Source of the DNA: Eremomyces bilateralis CBS 781.70
Lineage: Eukaryota
Assembly: GCA_010015585.1 (NCBI GenBank)
Contig: ML975160.1
Reading direction: 5' to 3' (one strand)
DNA: 20,000 bases
Shown here in pieces: positions 10,718-20,000 of this stretch; the first letter of the stretch is position 1, and every line of letters starts with the position of its first letter. Below the pieces are notes generated by a model that had not been told where the DNA came from, searched no databases, and was given only the letters and a program-made list of their open reading frames with translations. Both the position numbers and the translations under genes were made by a program.

Positions 10718-12281
10718 ATGGCCAAAGCACAGAAGGATGTGCGGTTCTCACACCGTGGCTCCGGAAGTCGACCGCGTCGTCCCAGCCAAAGCGTGTCGGA
10801 AATCAGCGAAGCATCAGAACATGGAAGTCCAGTGCGAAATGGCGCGCCATCCACAACTAAGGCACGATATCTTGCGCGAACACTGTACCAGAGCCCTCCA
10901 CTAACGACGCCCCCCCGTAGTCCCCTCCGGTTCCCGAACAGTCCGAGTCGCAGAAGAAGCTACAGAGCTTTAAGACCCGGACGATATGGACGTTTGTCAT
11001 GATAGCCATCTTCTTCGGTTCCATGTTCGCTGGACACATCTATGTCATCATCATCGTCACCGCCATCCAGATCATCTGTTTCCGCGAGGTCATCGCCATC
11101 GCCGATGTTCCGAGCAAGGCTATGAGCGTTCGCTTCACCAAGAACCTGCAGTGGTATTTCTTGGGCATTTCAATGTACTATCTATACGGGGAGAGTGTCA
11201 TCTACTACTTCAAGCACATAATCCTCGTGGACAGGATACTGTTGCCGTTTGCGACACACCATCGCTTTATCAGCTTCATCCTCTATGTCATTGGTACGTA
11301 CGGTCCATGATGTATCTATCCTTCTAACCATTGGTAGGCTTCGTATTCTTCGTCGGTTCCCTTCAAAGAAGGCATTATCGCCTGCAGTTCAAGCAGTTCG
11401 CGTGGACTCACATGGCACTGTACTTTCTTGTGCTGCAGGCCCATTTCATCATCAACAACATCTTCGAGGGCATGATTTGGTTTTTCCTCCCTGTGAGCCT
11501 GGTCATTACGAACGACATATTTGCGTACATCGTCGGTATTACCATCGGGCGCACCCAACTAATCAAACTCTCCCCCAAGAAGACCGTCGAAGGTTTTGTG
11601 GGGGCGTGGATCTTCACCATCATTTTCGGCTTCTTACTAACAAACATCCTCATGCGCTACAGCTACTTCACCTGCCCAGTCACGGTGAGTCCATACCATT
11701 GAGCGTTTTTGAAGTTGAGACTAACATCAATCAGGATCTTGGAGCCAACATTTTCACCGGCCTTCAGTGCGAACCCAATCCCGTGTTTGTTAAGAGAACA
11801 TATGGCCTACCGATCGACCCCCCTGCGTGGACCAAGCTTCCACATGCCATCACGGTCGAGCCGATTCAATTCCACATCCTGAACTTTGCGACGTTCGCTT
11901 CTTTGATCGCTCCGTTTGGCGGGTTTTTCGCTTCAGGGCTAAAGCGGACGTTCAAAATCAAAGATTTCGGCGACAGCATCCCTGGGCACGGCGGAATGAC
12001 CGATCGGATGGACTGCCAATTCATCATGGGGTTGTTCGCATACATGTACTACCAGAGCTTTATCGCCATATACAAGGCTAGCGTGGGAAGCGTAATCGAG
12101 ACGGCAATCACTGGACTGAGCTTGGCTGAGCAGATGGATGTTGTGAAAGGGCTTACCAAACACCTGGTGAATCAAGGGGTCGTTGGACAATCGGTAAACC
12201 TGCCTATCTTTCCACTCCTGCCAGCTGCTAACCAGGAAGCAGATCCTGGATTACATGACCGAACAGCTCAAAAGGCGATGA
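10718..12281 (+). CDS. CDS1: Phosphatidate cytidylyltransferase / CDP-diacylglycerol synthase (about 453 aa, 5 exons: 10718-10861, 10921-11293, 11338-11684, 11735-12193, 12243-12281)
   Basis: Signature motifs are present: TRTIWTFVMI, NDIFAY..GITIGRTQLIKLSPKKTVEGF and SGLKRTFKIKDFGDSIPGHGGMTDRMDCQ (CTP_transf_1), with multiple transmembrane segments. All introns have CTAAC branch points. The first donor is probably GC (10862), with an alternative GT at 10832. Confidence 0.97.
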
Positions 12282-12825
12282 GATCCCTAGTTTCCATATG
12301 CATATAATCGCGGTCCTCGGGAACCAATCTTCGTTTCTCATGGTTGTCGGTCGGGAGTGATGGAAATCTTCAAAGCGCATGGATTTCCTGAATTTCAGTG
12401 TAGAACATTCTGGGTTCTTCGTGCATGGCCGGCGTCGACATCGATATCCAGTGATCCTGGTCTTCGACATGGTATCATGCCGTGGAGGATTCGGAGCGGC
12501 GTATCTTCGGTACCACACTTTGGAGATTTTGATTAAACTTGCGGTGCTTCGTCACGCCGAAGATGGGATACTGGTAATCATGTGCAGCTTATAAATGAAG
12601 TCGATGGAGTGTCAAGATCTTTAGGGGAGGGACAGTTTCTGGCGTGAGACCGCAGAATACCGATATTATCGCAACCTAGCCTACAGCACTCGAAGCGGTA
12701 TTTAGCTCCATGTACTTACGTGGTGGTAGACCAACGTGGAGATGTCAACATGTCAATTCACTGCAGTCACTATCGTAAGTTTCCGACTTGCGTCGCATAC
12801 ATTCTATTCGTGCTCCTGATCATAC

Positions 12826-12866
12826 GTGCTTCCGGTATGTGCCTCCGGAATGTGCCTCCGGTATGT
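12826..12866. repeat. 13-bp tandem repeat x3 (GTGCYTCCGGWAT)
   Basis: The units gtgcttccggtat / gtgcctccggaat / gtgcctccggtat lie between the convergent CDS1 and LHP1 3' ends. Confidence 0.8.
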
Positions 12867-13117
12867 ACGATGAGTTCAGGCGAATTCGACGGACCACTCC
12901 TCAAACGTGTCATGGACGCCAATCATTTAGCAACGAAATCCGTCACAGTTCGTTGGCAAACTGTGTCCATTCAACCTTCAACCCAGTCCTCGACTCTCGA
13001 ATTTTCCACCATGCTAGTCGATTTCACGGAGTCGCCTTCCTCTCCAGCGATGTCAGCGGAGGTGCAAGTTCGTTGTCCCCAAATTGCGCGATCGGCTTCT
13101 TCAGCTGCATTGTGACC

Positions 13118-14382
13118 TCATTCGTCCTTCGCGGCAGGTTGGCTGGAAGCGTTCGCCTTCTCAGTCGTCTCTCCGCTAGGTTCTGAGGCTGCAGCCCCCG
13201 ATCCATTCGATTCAAGAGCGGGCTTCTTCTCTTTGCGTTCCTCGTCCTCGTCTCCATCTCGTTTGCGCTTTTCACCCCGTGCACCATCTCGCATGCCATT
13301 CTTTTGGAAATCGTTGCGGCGCGACTTCCAATCCCGATCATCGCCTTTTCGGGATTGGTTTTTGCCGTGAGGACGATAGCTCGGCTTGATCTTCCCGGAT
13401 TTGATGTCCGCAGCCTTCATGTCCGTGTACTCCTTCTTTCCCATGATGAGAAGATCGGTGTCATTCCACTTGGGCTTCGGATCAAGTGCAAGGAAAGCTT
13501 TCTGGGTTTCCTCATTATTGAACTCGACGAAGACGCTGCCTTTGAACTGTCTCGTGGGGTAGGTGCGGCGAAGTCGTACGCTCCTGACGGGGCCATACGG
13601 CTCAAAGAATCGTTCGATCTCGAGTTGAGTTTTTTCAGTCTCCTCCCCAAACCCTTTCGCATATACACTGCGCGGCGCCGATTTGTCGTCGAAAGTCTTG
13701 ATCAAATCACGGGAGACCTCGGACGCGTTGGTGCTGAGGGGGACTTTTCGGCGGATCTCCTCGTTCTCCGTCACTTCGAGAATCTCACTATCTTTCAGGG
13801 CGGCGACAACGGCGGAGAAGGGTTGGAAGCGGCGCATGCGCTTGAACGAGTGTACCACCTTGATCGCAACGGGTTTGTTCTCACTGCCACCGACCTGGCC
13901 GAAGAGGAAGTTGTCCATGGGAAGATTCGAGTCGGAGAAGTAGAATTCGACCTGCGGAGTGTTAGCATTGCGGGAGCTCATCTATGGCCAACATATCGAA
14001 CCTGCTTCCTGATCTCATCGGGATCGTCCGTCTCGGGCAAATGATCATAGCGAGCCTTCACGTTGTCCTTGAACTTCTTCGGGTTGCGATGGAAGCCTTT
14101 GCCATTGGATTGGTACGGCTTTCCAGAATTACGCTGTCCAGAGGATGTGTCGCGCGACTTTGCGTCCGCATCCTTGGGTGCATCAGAGGATTGGACTACT
14201 TTGTCTTTCACAGCATTGTCGTCGGTGGCAGTTTCGGGCTTTGACACAGCGCTGGTTGACTCGGACGGTTTCTCCGTGGCATTGGCGACTGCGGGTTTCG
14301 CAGCCGTTCCTGGCGCAACACCGGTATTTGGTGCTTGGGGTTCGACAGTAGCCGGGGCCTTGACTTCGGAATCGCTGGCCAT
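13118..14382 (-). CDS. LHP1: La protein (La motif + RRM; 404 aa, 2 exons: 14382-14002, 13951-13118)
   Basis: The La motif reads DDPDEIRKQ|VEFYFSDSNLPMDNFL...VAIKVVHSFKRMRRF. The RRM has RSVYAKGFG (RNP2) and FKGSVFVEF (RNP1), followed by a basic KRKR tail. Intron 14001-13952 is gttcga...gctaac...cag. Confidence 0.96.
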
Positions 14383-14616
14383 GGTGCGAGATGGTTTCGA
14401 GGGGGCTGATAGAGGTAAGAGCGTTCCTGCGCAAAGGCAATGACTGGTCGGGGTGCGGTACGGAGGGGAGATGGTTCCTCAATGCTACGCAGAAATGTCC
14501 GGATTTGTGAAGTAGTAAAGAACGATAGCAATGTATCGTGTAGATGAGCGATCCTGAAGGTTCACACCCAAACCCAAGATCTTGGACAGGAGGATAATTA
14601 TCGGGATAAGGAAGTG

Positions 14617-14660
14617 GTTGGACCAAGTTGGATCAAGTTGGATCAAGTTGGATCAAGTTG
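14617..14660. repeat. 10-bp tandem repeat (GATCAAGTTG) x about 4.4
   Basis: gttg gaccaagttg gatcaagttg gatcaagttg gatcaagttg, located in the LHP1/NAM9 divergent intergenic region. Confidence 0.9.
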
Positions 14661-15110
14661 CTGTTCAAACTTCCACATGAATTGGTGAAGTTTCACTTTT
14701 TTCGATTTCTCAAGGACAACGGCGAAGCTGATTGGGTGGTAGGGATTGACACCTTGATCTGCACCACTTCTGCCTGAGGTGTCAACTATGTATTCAAATT
14801 GATGCTTTTGCCTGACTGCCTCAGGTATCCAATGAAATTCTTCAACACGGGCATCGATGGGGTTTGGGAGTGAATTGTGAAGGGTGAATTGAACATTTCA
14901 TCGGGTTGAAAGCATCGCCGAACACTACCTGGTATTGAATGCCAATCCTCCTCTACACACCAGCAATGGCTCTCTTGTTTTAATTTTCCCATACATCCAC
15001 AGCCGCATTTCGTCATGATCCCTCCCTGTGCTTATTTCCCATATCATTCACAGCCATAAGTCCACTCACCGAACATATCGCTCTCCTTCTCCATCATTTA
15101 GCAGTCCACC

Positions 15111-16365
15111 ATGGCGAGGCAGAAGCTGTGGATCAGTCTCAGGAAGCCGGTAAGGAATCCTTCCGTCTATTGAAGCATTGCTCCTGCTAATATCCCGTGT
15201 CCAATAGAAAATCCGCCAATCCTGGAATAAATACAACCTTTACAACCTCTCACGCCTCGCGATCCCTTCTCCCCCCAGCGCGACTTACTTCCAGCAGAAA
15301 TGGTCCGCGAAAGCCATCAGTCGCCCATACCATGGCGGGCAGGTCCGAGAGAAACAGTGGGCGCGAATGTTCTCCCGCCGCATGCCTTCGGTCCAGCCGA
15401 TGGACTACAGATACCTGGCGGAAAGCGATGGGTCGCAAGAAAGTGCTGGGCGAGGATCGGGTGAAGAGCTGGCGCAAAAACCCCGATCTCCGCGCGAAGC
15501 GACACCCTACATGCAGATGGTGTATCACCAACTGGAGCGTCGTCTAGATACGGCGGTTTTTCGAGCCATGTTCGCTAGTAGCATCCGTCAATCCCGCCAA
15601 TTCGTTGCGCGAGGTCTGGTCAAGGTCAACGGGCAGAAGATGCCGTATCCTGGGTATATGTTGAACCCCGGCGACATGTTTTCCCTCCCCCCCGACCTCG
15701 TCATGTTCGCAACGGGACAGCAGAAACCACCGACGAAATCCCTCCAGCAACGCACTCGGGCACGGGCGAAGCCAAGAATCAATGTCGATGCGGCGGATGC
15801 CGAGATGCGTGCCGTGGTTGATCAAATGGCAGCTCTTGGAAAAGACATGGACACGTTTCGATCTTCCCATCCGGACCTTCCTCCTCCGTGGAAAGCGGAA
15901 TTATTCGCCCTTGGTTGCCTTGCGAGAAGGGCCACGAATAATCCCGGGGTGACCCCCCAAGTCCGTGTGGATATCCTCGGCCAGCTTAACGCCAATTTCG
16001 ATTCACTCAAGGCCGTAAAAGACTTTTCGTCCGCTTCGCCTGCGCAAACCCAAGCGCCTCTGAAGAAGGGCTGGGAGCGGAGAAAGCGACTCATAGTTCG
16101 TCGCTGGATGGAGGGAACCGCCGAGCCCCAGCCTGCGTCCACCAATCCCATCACGTTCAGCAAACCATACCGGACACCATGGATGCCGAGAGATTATATG
16201 AGCGCTTTCGCCTTCATTCCCAGATATCTGGAAGTCAATCAAAACGTGTGCTCGGCAGTCTACTTGCGGGATCCCGTTGCACGACCGGGGTTGGGAGAGG
16301 TACCGACACCTTTTCCCACCAAAGTCAGCCAGTTGGCTTTTAATTGGTACTTGCGGAGGCGTTAA
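15111..16365 (+). CDS. NAM9: Mitochondrial small-subunit ribosomal protein uS4m (Nam9; 398 aa, 2 exons: 15111-15149, 15208-16365)
   Basis: The product reads MARQKLWISLRKP|KIRQSWNKYNLYNL...TYFQQKWSAK..RPYHG, then the S4 domain LERRLDTAVFRAMFASSIRQSRQFV..G.VKVNG...PGY.LNPGDMF, and ends TPWMPRDYMSAFAFIPRYLEVN...YLRDPVARPG..EVPTPF...WYLRRR. The intron is gtaagg...gctaat...tag. Confidence 0.96.
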
Positions 16366-16900
16366 GATGGATTTGGACCCGTTGGAGGGATGTACGATAT
16401 CGAGCCGGTGTTCGCATACATCTTGATAGACTACTCGGACTTGGGGTATTCCCGGGTCACACTGTACAAATGCACTCCGTTAACGAGCGTGGATCTCGAA
16501 GTGACCTTTTCATTTTGGCTACGCTAACTATGATACCTCTCCATCCTCTGATTCTGCATTGGCATGCGGTACTGCAGCATCGTCTAGCCGTCCGCCCGAA
16601 GAACCAGGCGCGGCTGGACTCATCCGGGCCTTGAAATCCTGCGCTTGTTAGATCATGCTTCGGAAGGCTTGTGGCACTATTAAACCCAGATCGGCTGGGT
16701 TTGGTTGCAGATTTAGGATCAATTCTCAATAACAACCTGTACAAATCTTGTATCACAGTGGGCTCAGTCTGCTTGTCCGTCGGGAGCTCAGAGGTCGTAA
16801 ACTACCCCTGTGATGCGTTCAGTTATGATCGTGCAAGGTGGCTTGCCTTTTAGGTTCAACCATGCTCTCCTCTGAACCGGTCGTCCAGACTTTCCCGATT

Positions 16901-18995
16901 TCAACTAGTGCTCGTGGTCACTGAAGTTCCGTTCGACACCTGTCGTCGTTTCATAGCCTTGGCGTCGGCCGTCTGCAGGATGTATTAGCCATATGTTTGA
17001 AGAGCCCAAATATGAACAACAACCGACCTCTGTCTCGGCATCAGATGCGCTTCGCTTCTTATTCATCTTTCCCTTCTTGACGCGTGTCGGTCGAATTTCG
17101 CCTTCCTCGAACACGTCATCAGGAAGATCGTAGCTAAGGAACCGTCAGCAATCATCGCGTTCTCTGAAATTTGAGACATGGTTTGAAACTTCACTTTCGG
17201 GTGTGCACAATTCTCGTCTCATACAATCCTTCGTCGTACTGCGGCCATTCCATCAACACTCTCTTGAAGTCGTTGACGGGCTCGGAGATGTCAAGAGATT
17301 TGGAACCTGCAACAACCATGTCAAACATGTCTGACGGAATCGTGAACCGCGAACTTACCTGCGCCTTCACGCAACTCCAGTCCGATGTAGAAGGTCGTCG
17401 TATGCACAGTGACGGTTCCATTATCATTCACTCCGCCCGCGTTGCCGTTCGTCACGGGAAGGTCGCTGTCGCCCTGCGCCGCAACAGCTTGCTTTATGTC
17501 TTTCGAATCATCAGGTTCATCGGTCAGGACGCCGGTGACCTGATATGCGAGCTTGCCTTTGTATACTTCCTCAACTTTATCAGGCGGGCATCGATGCACT
17601 CGATCAAAACTTTTGTTGAATGGGTGGGCAATGTCAATGTCGTTGTTCAAGTTCTCTATGCCTGTCACAAGGCGACGAACCTTGGACTGAACCGTACCGG
17701 ACCAGATGGATTGGGCTTCCTTCGATCGACTGGATGCGACCACGGTGAGGTAATACTTATATCCCTGAGTGAAGAACGTGTGCTTTTGGAAGAGATCCTT
17801 CCATGGCGCCTGTCGTTCCATGATCCGCTGAACGATTTTATTGGCGTGATGAAGCTCCCGGCCAATCACGCGAAGCGTTGAATGGGTCACGTTATGAGTG
17901 GCACACATAGAGGGGTATGCTGGAGTGATGATGGGCATCAGATGTCGCTTGTCGCCGCCATACTGTTGGGGATTCCAAACTTTGACCTGTAAGGGACCCG
18001 ATTCGATCTCCTTTAGTAGAAGCGGTTTGGGCCATGGCCACGATCCGATGAGATGGAAGAATCGACCGACAATCGTCGAAGCCGTTGCATACGGATACAA
18101 CTGACAGATTCGCGCCACCATCAATGCCCACGCAACCCCTCCTGGGAAACCTACAACCGCACTGTAACAGCCCCGGCCTGCGATCCGTTAGCTCGTCCAT
18201 GTATATTGGTGTATATCATACGTTGTGCCCATAATTTCACCGCTCTCAATGCCTGTCGAAAAGTCTTGGTTTGTGGGACTAGTCCAAGTAGCTCGTCCGT
18301 TACTCGGGTTCCGTTTACGCTTCGCAATTCGGACTCATCAAGGCCTCGGAGTAGATCCGTGTCGCTCAACGTCATATCCTGAAGAATGGAGGTTCTGTGT
18401 AATCGAGCAAAGATCAGGTCAATATCGACTCCCGAATACACCATTTTGATGATGGGCACAAACGCCTCGGGAACCGGTGTGAGTTCCTCGATTGCGCCGG
18501 GTTCGGACATCTTTTCGAGGAGCGAAGGAAAGTGTTCGAAGAAATCCTCGCGGAAGACATGCTTTGGGACGACCACAAGGGTATCGATATCAGAGCCTAT
18601 ATTACGTCAATCTCAGCTTCACAGGATCACCCAGACCAAGAATCTTACCAGGTGAGTAGACCCCCAACCTGTAACTCCCGAAGGTGAAGATCTTTCCTCC
18701 AGCATTTTGAAGAACCGAGGGTGCCACGCCCTTCATGCGACCGATATGTTTCACGAACTCCTCGACCACTTGCTGAAGTCGAGACAATACTTTGACTCTA
18801 AGTTGAATCAGCTCGCTGCTCATTCCCTTCACTGTACGACTCTTACCTCCGCTCCGTGTCTTCAGGTTTCTCGAAGTTGTTCTGAGCCTTGAGTTCCGTC
18901 AGCAACGCTTCATTTTGCTGGAGGTCGTCCTCGGTAGGTAGTTTGGGCGATATCGGATCGGTCAAGCCCCATCGCTGGGGTGTATGACTGGCCAT
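16901..18995 (-). CDS. PAP1: Canonical nuclear poly(A) polymerase (593 aa, 7 exons: 18995-18847, 18797-18649, 18596-18222, 18177-17359, 17306-17195, 17133-17028, 16972-16901)
   Basis: Motifs present: [24 protein letters not shown] (catalytic DxD), VDIDLIFA (third Asp), [45 protein letters not shown] and YDLPDDVF. The exon lengths sum to 1782 nt in one frame. Confidence 0.97.
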
Positions 18996-19438
18996 TGTGT
19001 AGGAAGCGGAAGGGCGATCGATGAAGCCTCTTTGGTGTAGGAGGTCGGGACGCGCTAGATTGAAGGCATGGATTCGATGGGCAAGCGGGGAGAAATGGGA
19101 CGTTGATACGCGCAGAAAGGGAGTGAAGCGTGTCTAGTGAGACCAACCCATCCCAGTGCCCCGTCTGCTGAATAGGTATTGGCAGCAATTATTATCTGGA
19201 TTCTAGTTTCCGTTGTTCGGGACTCGAACGCGTTGATTATGCTGGAAGCTGCTGTAGAAGTGGAAGGAAAGGTCACGTGATATTTAGGAAGTAAGATATT
19301 CGATTCGATGTTAAGGCAACGAAATTCCTAGGTACTAATAGGCGCCTCAGGCACTAATCATCTGTTCTAACAGGCCGGCACGTGATACCTCTACGCTATG
19401 CATTACTTAATCCTCCTTTTAATAAATAACAATAACTA

Positions 19439-20000
19439 ACGTAATCCACCACCGAGCTGCGAATATCACCGAGCTGCGAACTTCAAATCTCACCAAAATC
19501 GGGATATTTCATAACCCGATATCTCAACAACAGCATCATAATAAAATCTACAAGTTGATAGATAGACTTTACTAGTCATTTTAAGCCTTTACTCAAATTT
19601 ATAGAGCTCTAGCTATTGTAATGGTAGATATACCTAGATCCTAGGTGCTAAAAGGTGTGACAGTCTTTGGCTTTGCCCAGTCTGTGTGTTGTGGCCTTGC
19701 GGCCTAAGGCAGAAGAGATGGGTAGGCCGTTTGCCCACAGATGTAAATAGCAGATCGCAGTGAGAGAGATCTTCTCCTTCTCTCTTTAGCAATTCAACAG
19801 CGTTACCAACTTACCAAATCCTTCGTGGTTTGGGCCCTTGACAAAAGGTGCAAGAATCTACTATGACCTAGGTATATCTACAACTATAATAGCTAGAGCT
19901 CTGTAAATTTGAGTAAAGGCTTAAAATGACTAGTAAAGTCTATCTATCAACTTGTAGATTTTATTATGATGCTGTTGTTGAGATATCGGGTTATGAAATA
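19439..20000. mobile_element. Non-autonomous pogo/Fot1-type (Tc1-mariner superfamily) foldback element / MITE, truncated by the window edge
   Basis: TA (19437-19438) is followed by ACGTAATCCACCACCGAGCTGCGAATATCACCGAGCTGCGAAC, an ACGT-starting terminus with an internal 14-bp direct repeat as in fungal pogo-like TIRs. 19505-19644 is the reverse complement of 19861-20000 at 134/140 identity. The element is AT-rich and has no ORF. Confidence 0.85.
19450..19480 (+). repeat. Direct repeat CACCGAGCTGCGAA x2 inside the left TIR (putative transposase-binding sites)
   Basis: Identical 14-mers at 19450-19463 and 19467-19480. Confidence 0.85.

Noticed and set aside
11249..12307. 352-aa ORF as a separate gene
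   Set aside because: It is CDS1 exon 4 extended by out-of-frame and intronic sequence.
12971..13117. 48 open codons in frame after the La stop (possible readthrough extension)
   Set aside because: The context is TGA-G, not a leaky TGA-C context, there is no targeting signal at the end, and the length is within chance.
13304..14044. 246-aa ORF antisense to La
   Set aside because: Antisense shadow of a codon-biased gene with no domain. The same applies to 17171-17881 (opposite PAP1) and the + strand ORFs opposite rad26.
19450..19480. Direct repeats here, and the tandem repeat at 14617-14660, as CRISPR-like arrays
   Set aside because: Eukaryotic context with no unique spacers of repeat-like length; explained as TIR sub-repeats and a minisatellite.

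Overview
Gene-dense, intron-containing fungal nuclear DNA, most likely from a filamentous ascomycete (Pezizomycotina). This is inferred from 44-62 nt introns with CTRAY branch points, a Zn(II)2Cys6 gene and fungal-type housekeeping proteins. I spliced eight genes by hand: FIS1 (-), SPC24 (+), a Zn2Cys6 transcription factor (+), Rad26/UvsD/ATRIP (-), CDS1 (+), La/LHP1 (-), mitoribosomal NAM9/uS4m (+) and poly(A) polymerase PAP1 (-). Three pairs are divergent, and their shared promoters carry clustered CACGTG, GCCTCAGG and AGGTGTCAA motifs. The right end holds a non-autonomous pogo/Fot1-like foldback element (MITE) with long inverted arms, cut by the window edge and lying about 440 bp upstream of PAP1. 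The most unusual observations are: an Asn-to-Ala change in the conserved PAP1 'Y-x-N-I' motif while the adjacent intron reads in frame as 'IYTNIHG'; two GC-AG introns; a stop-free 3n intron splitting the zinc cluster; and a possible kinase relic near 4.8 kb. I see no clear multi-gene novel system.
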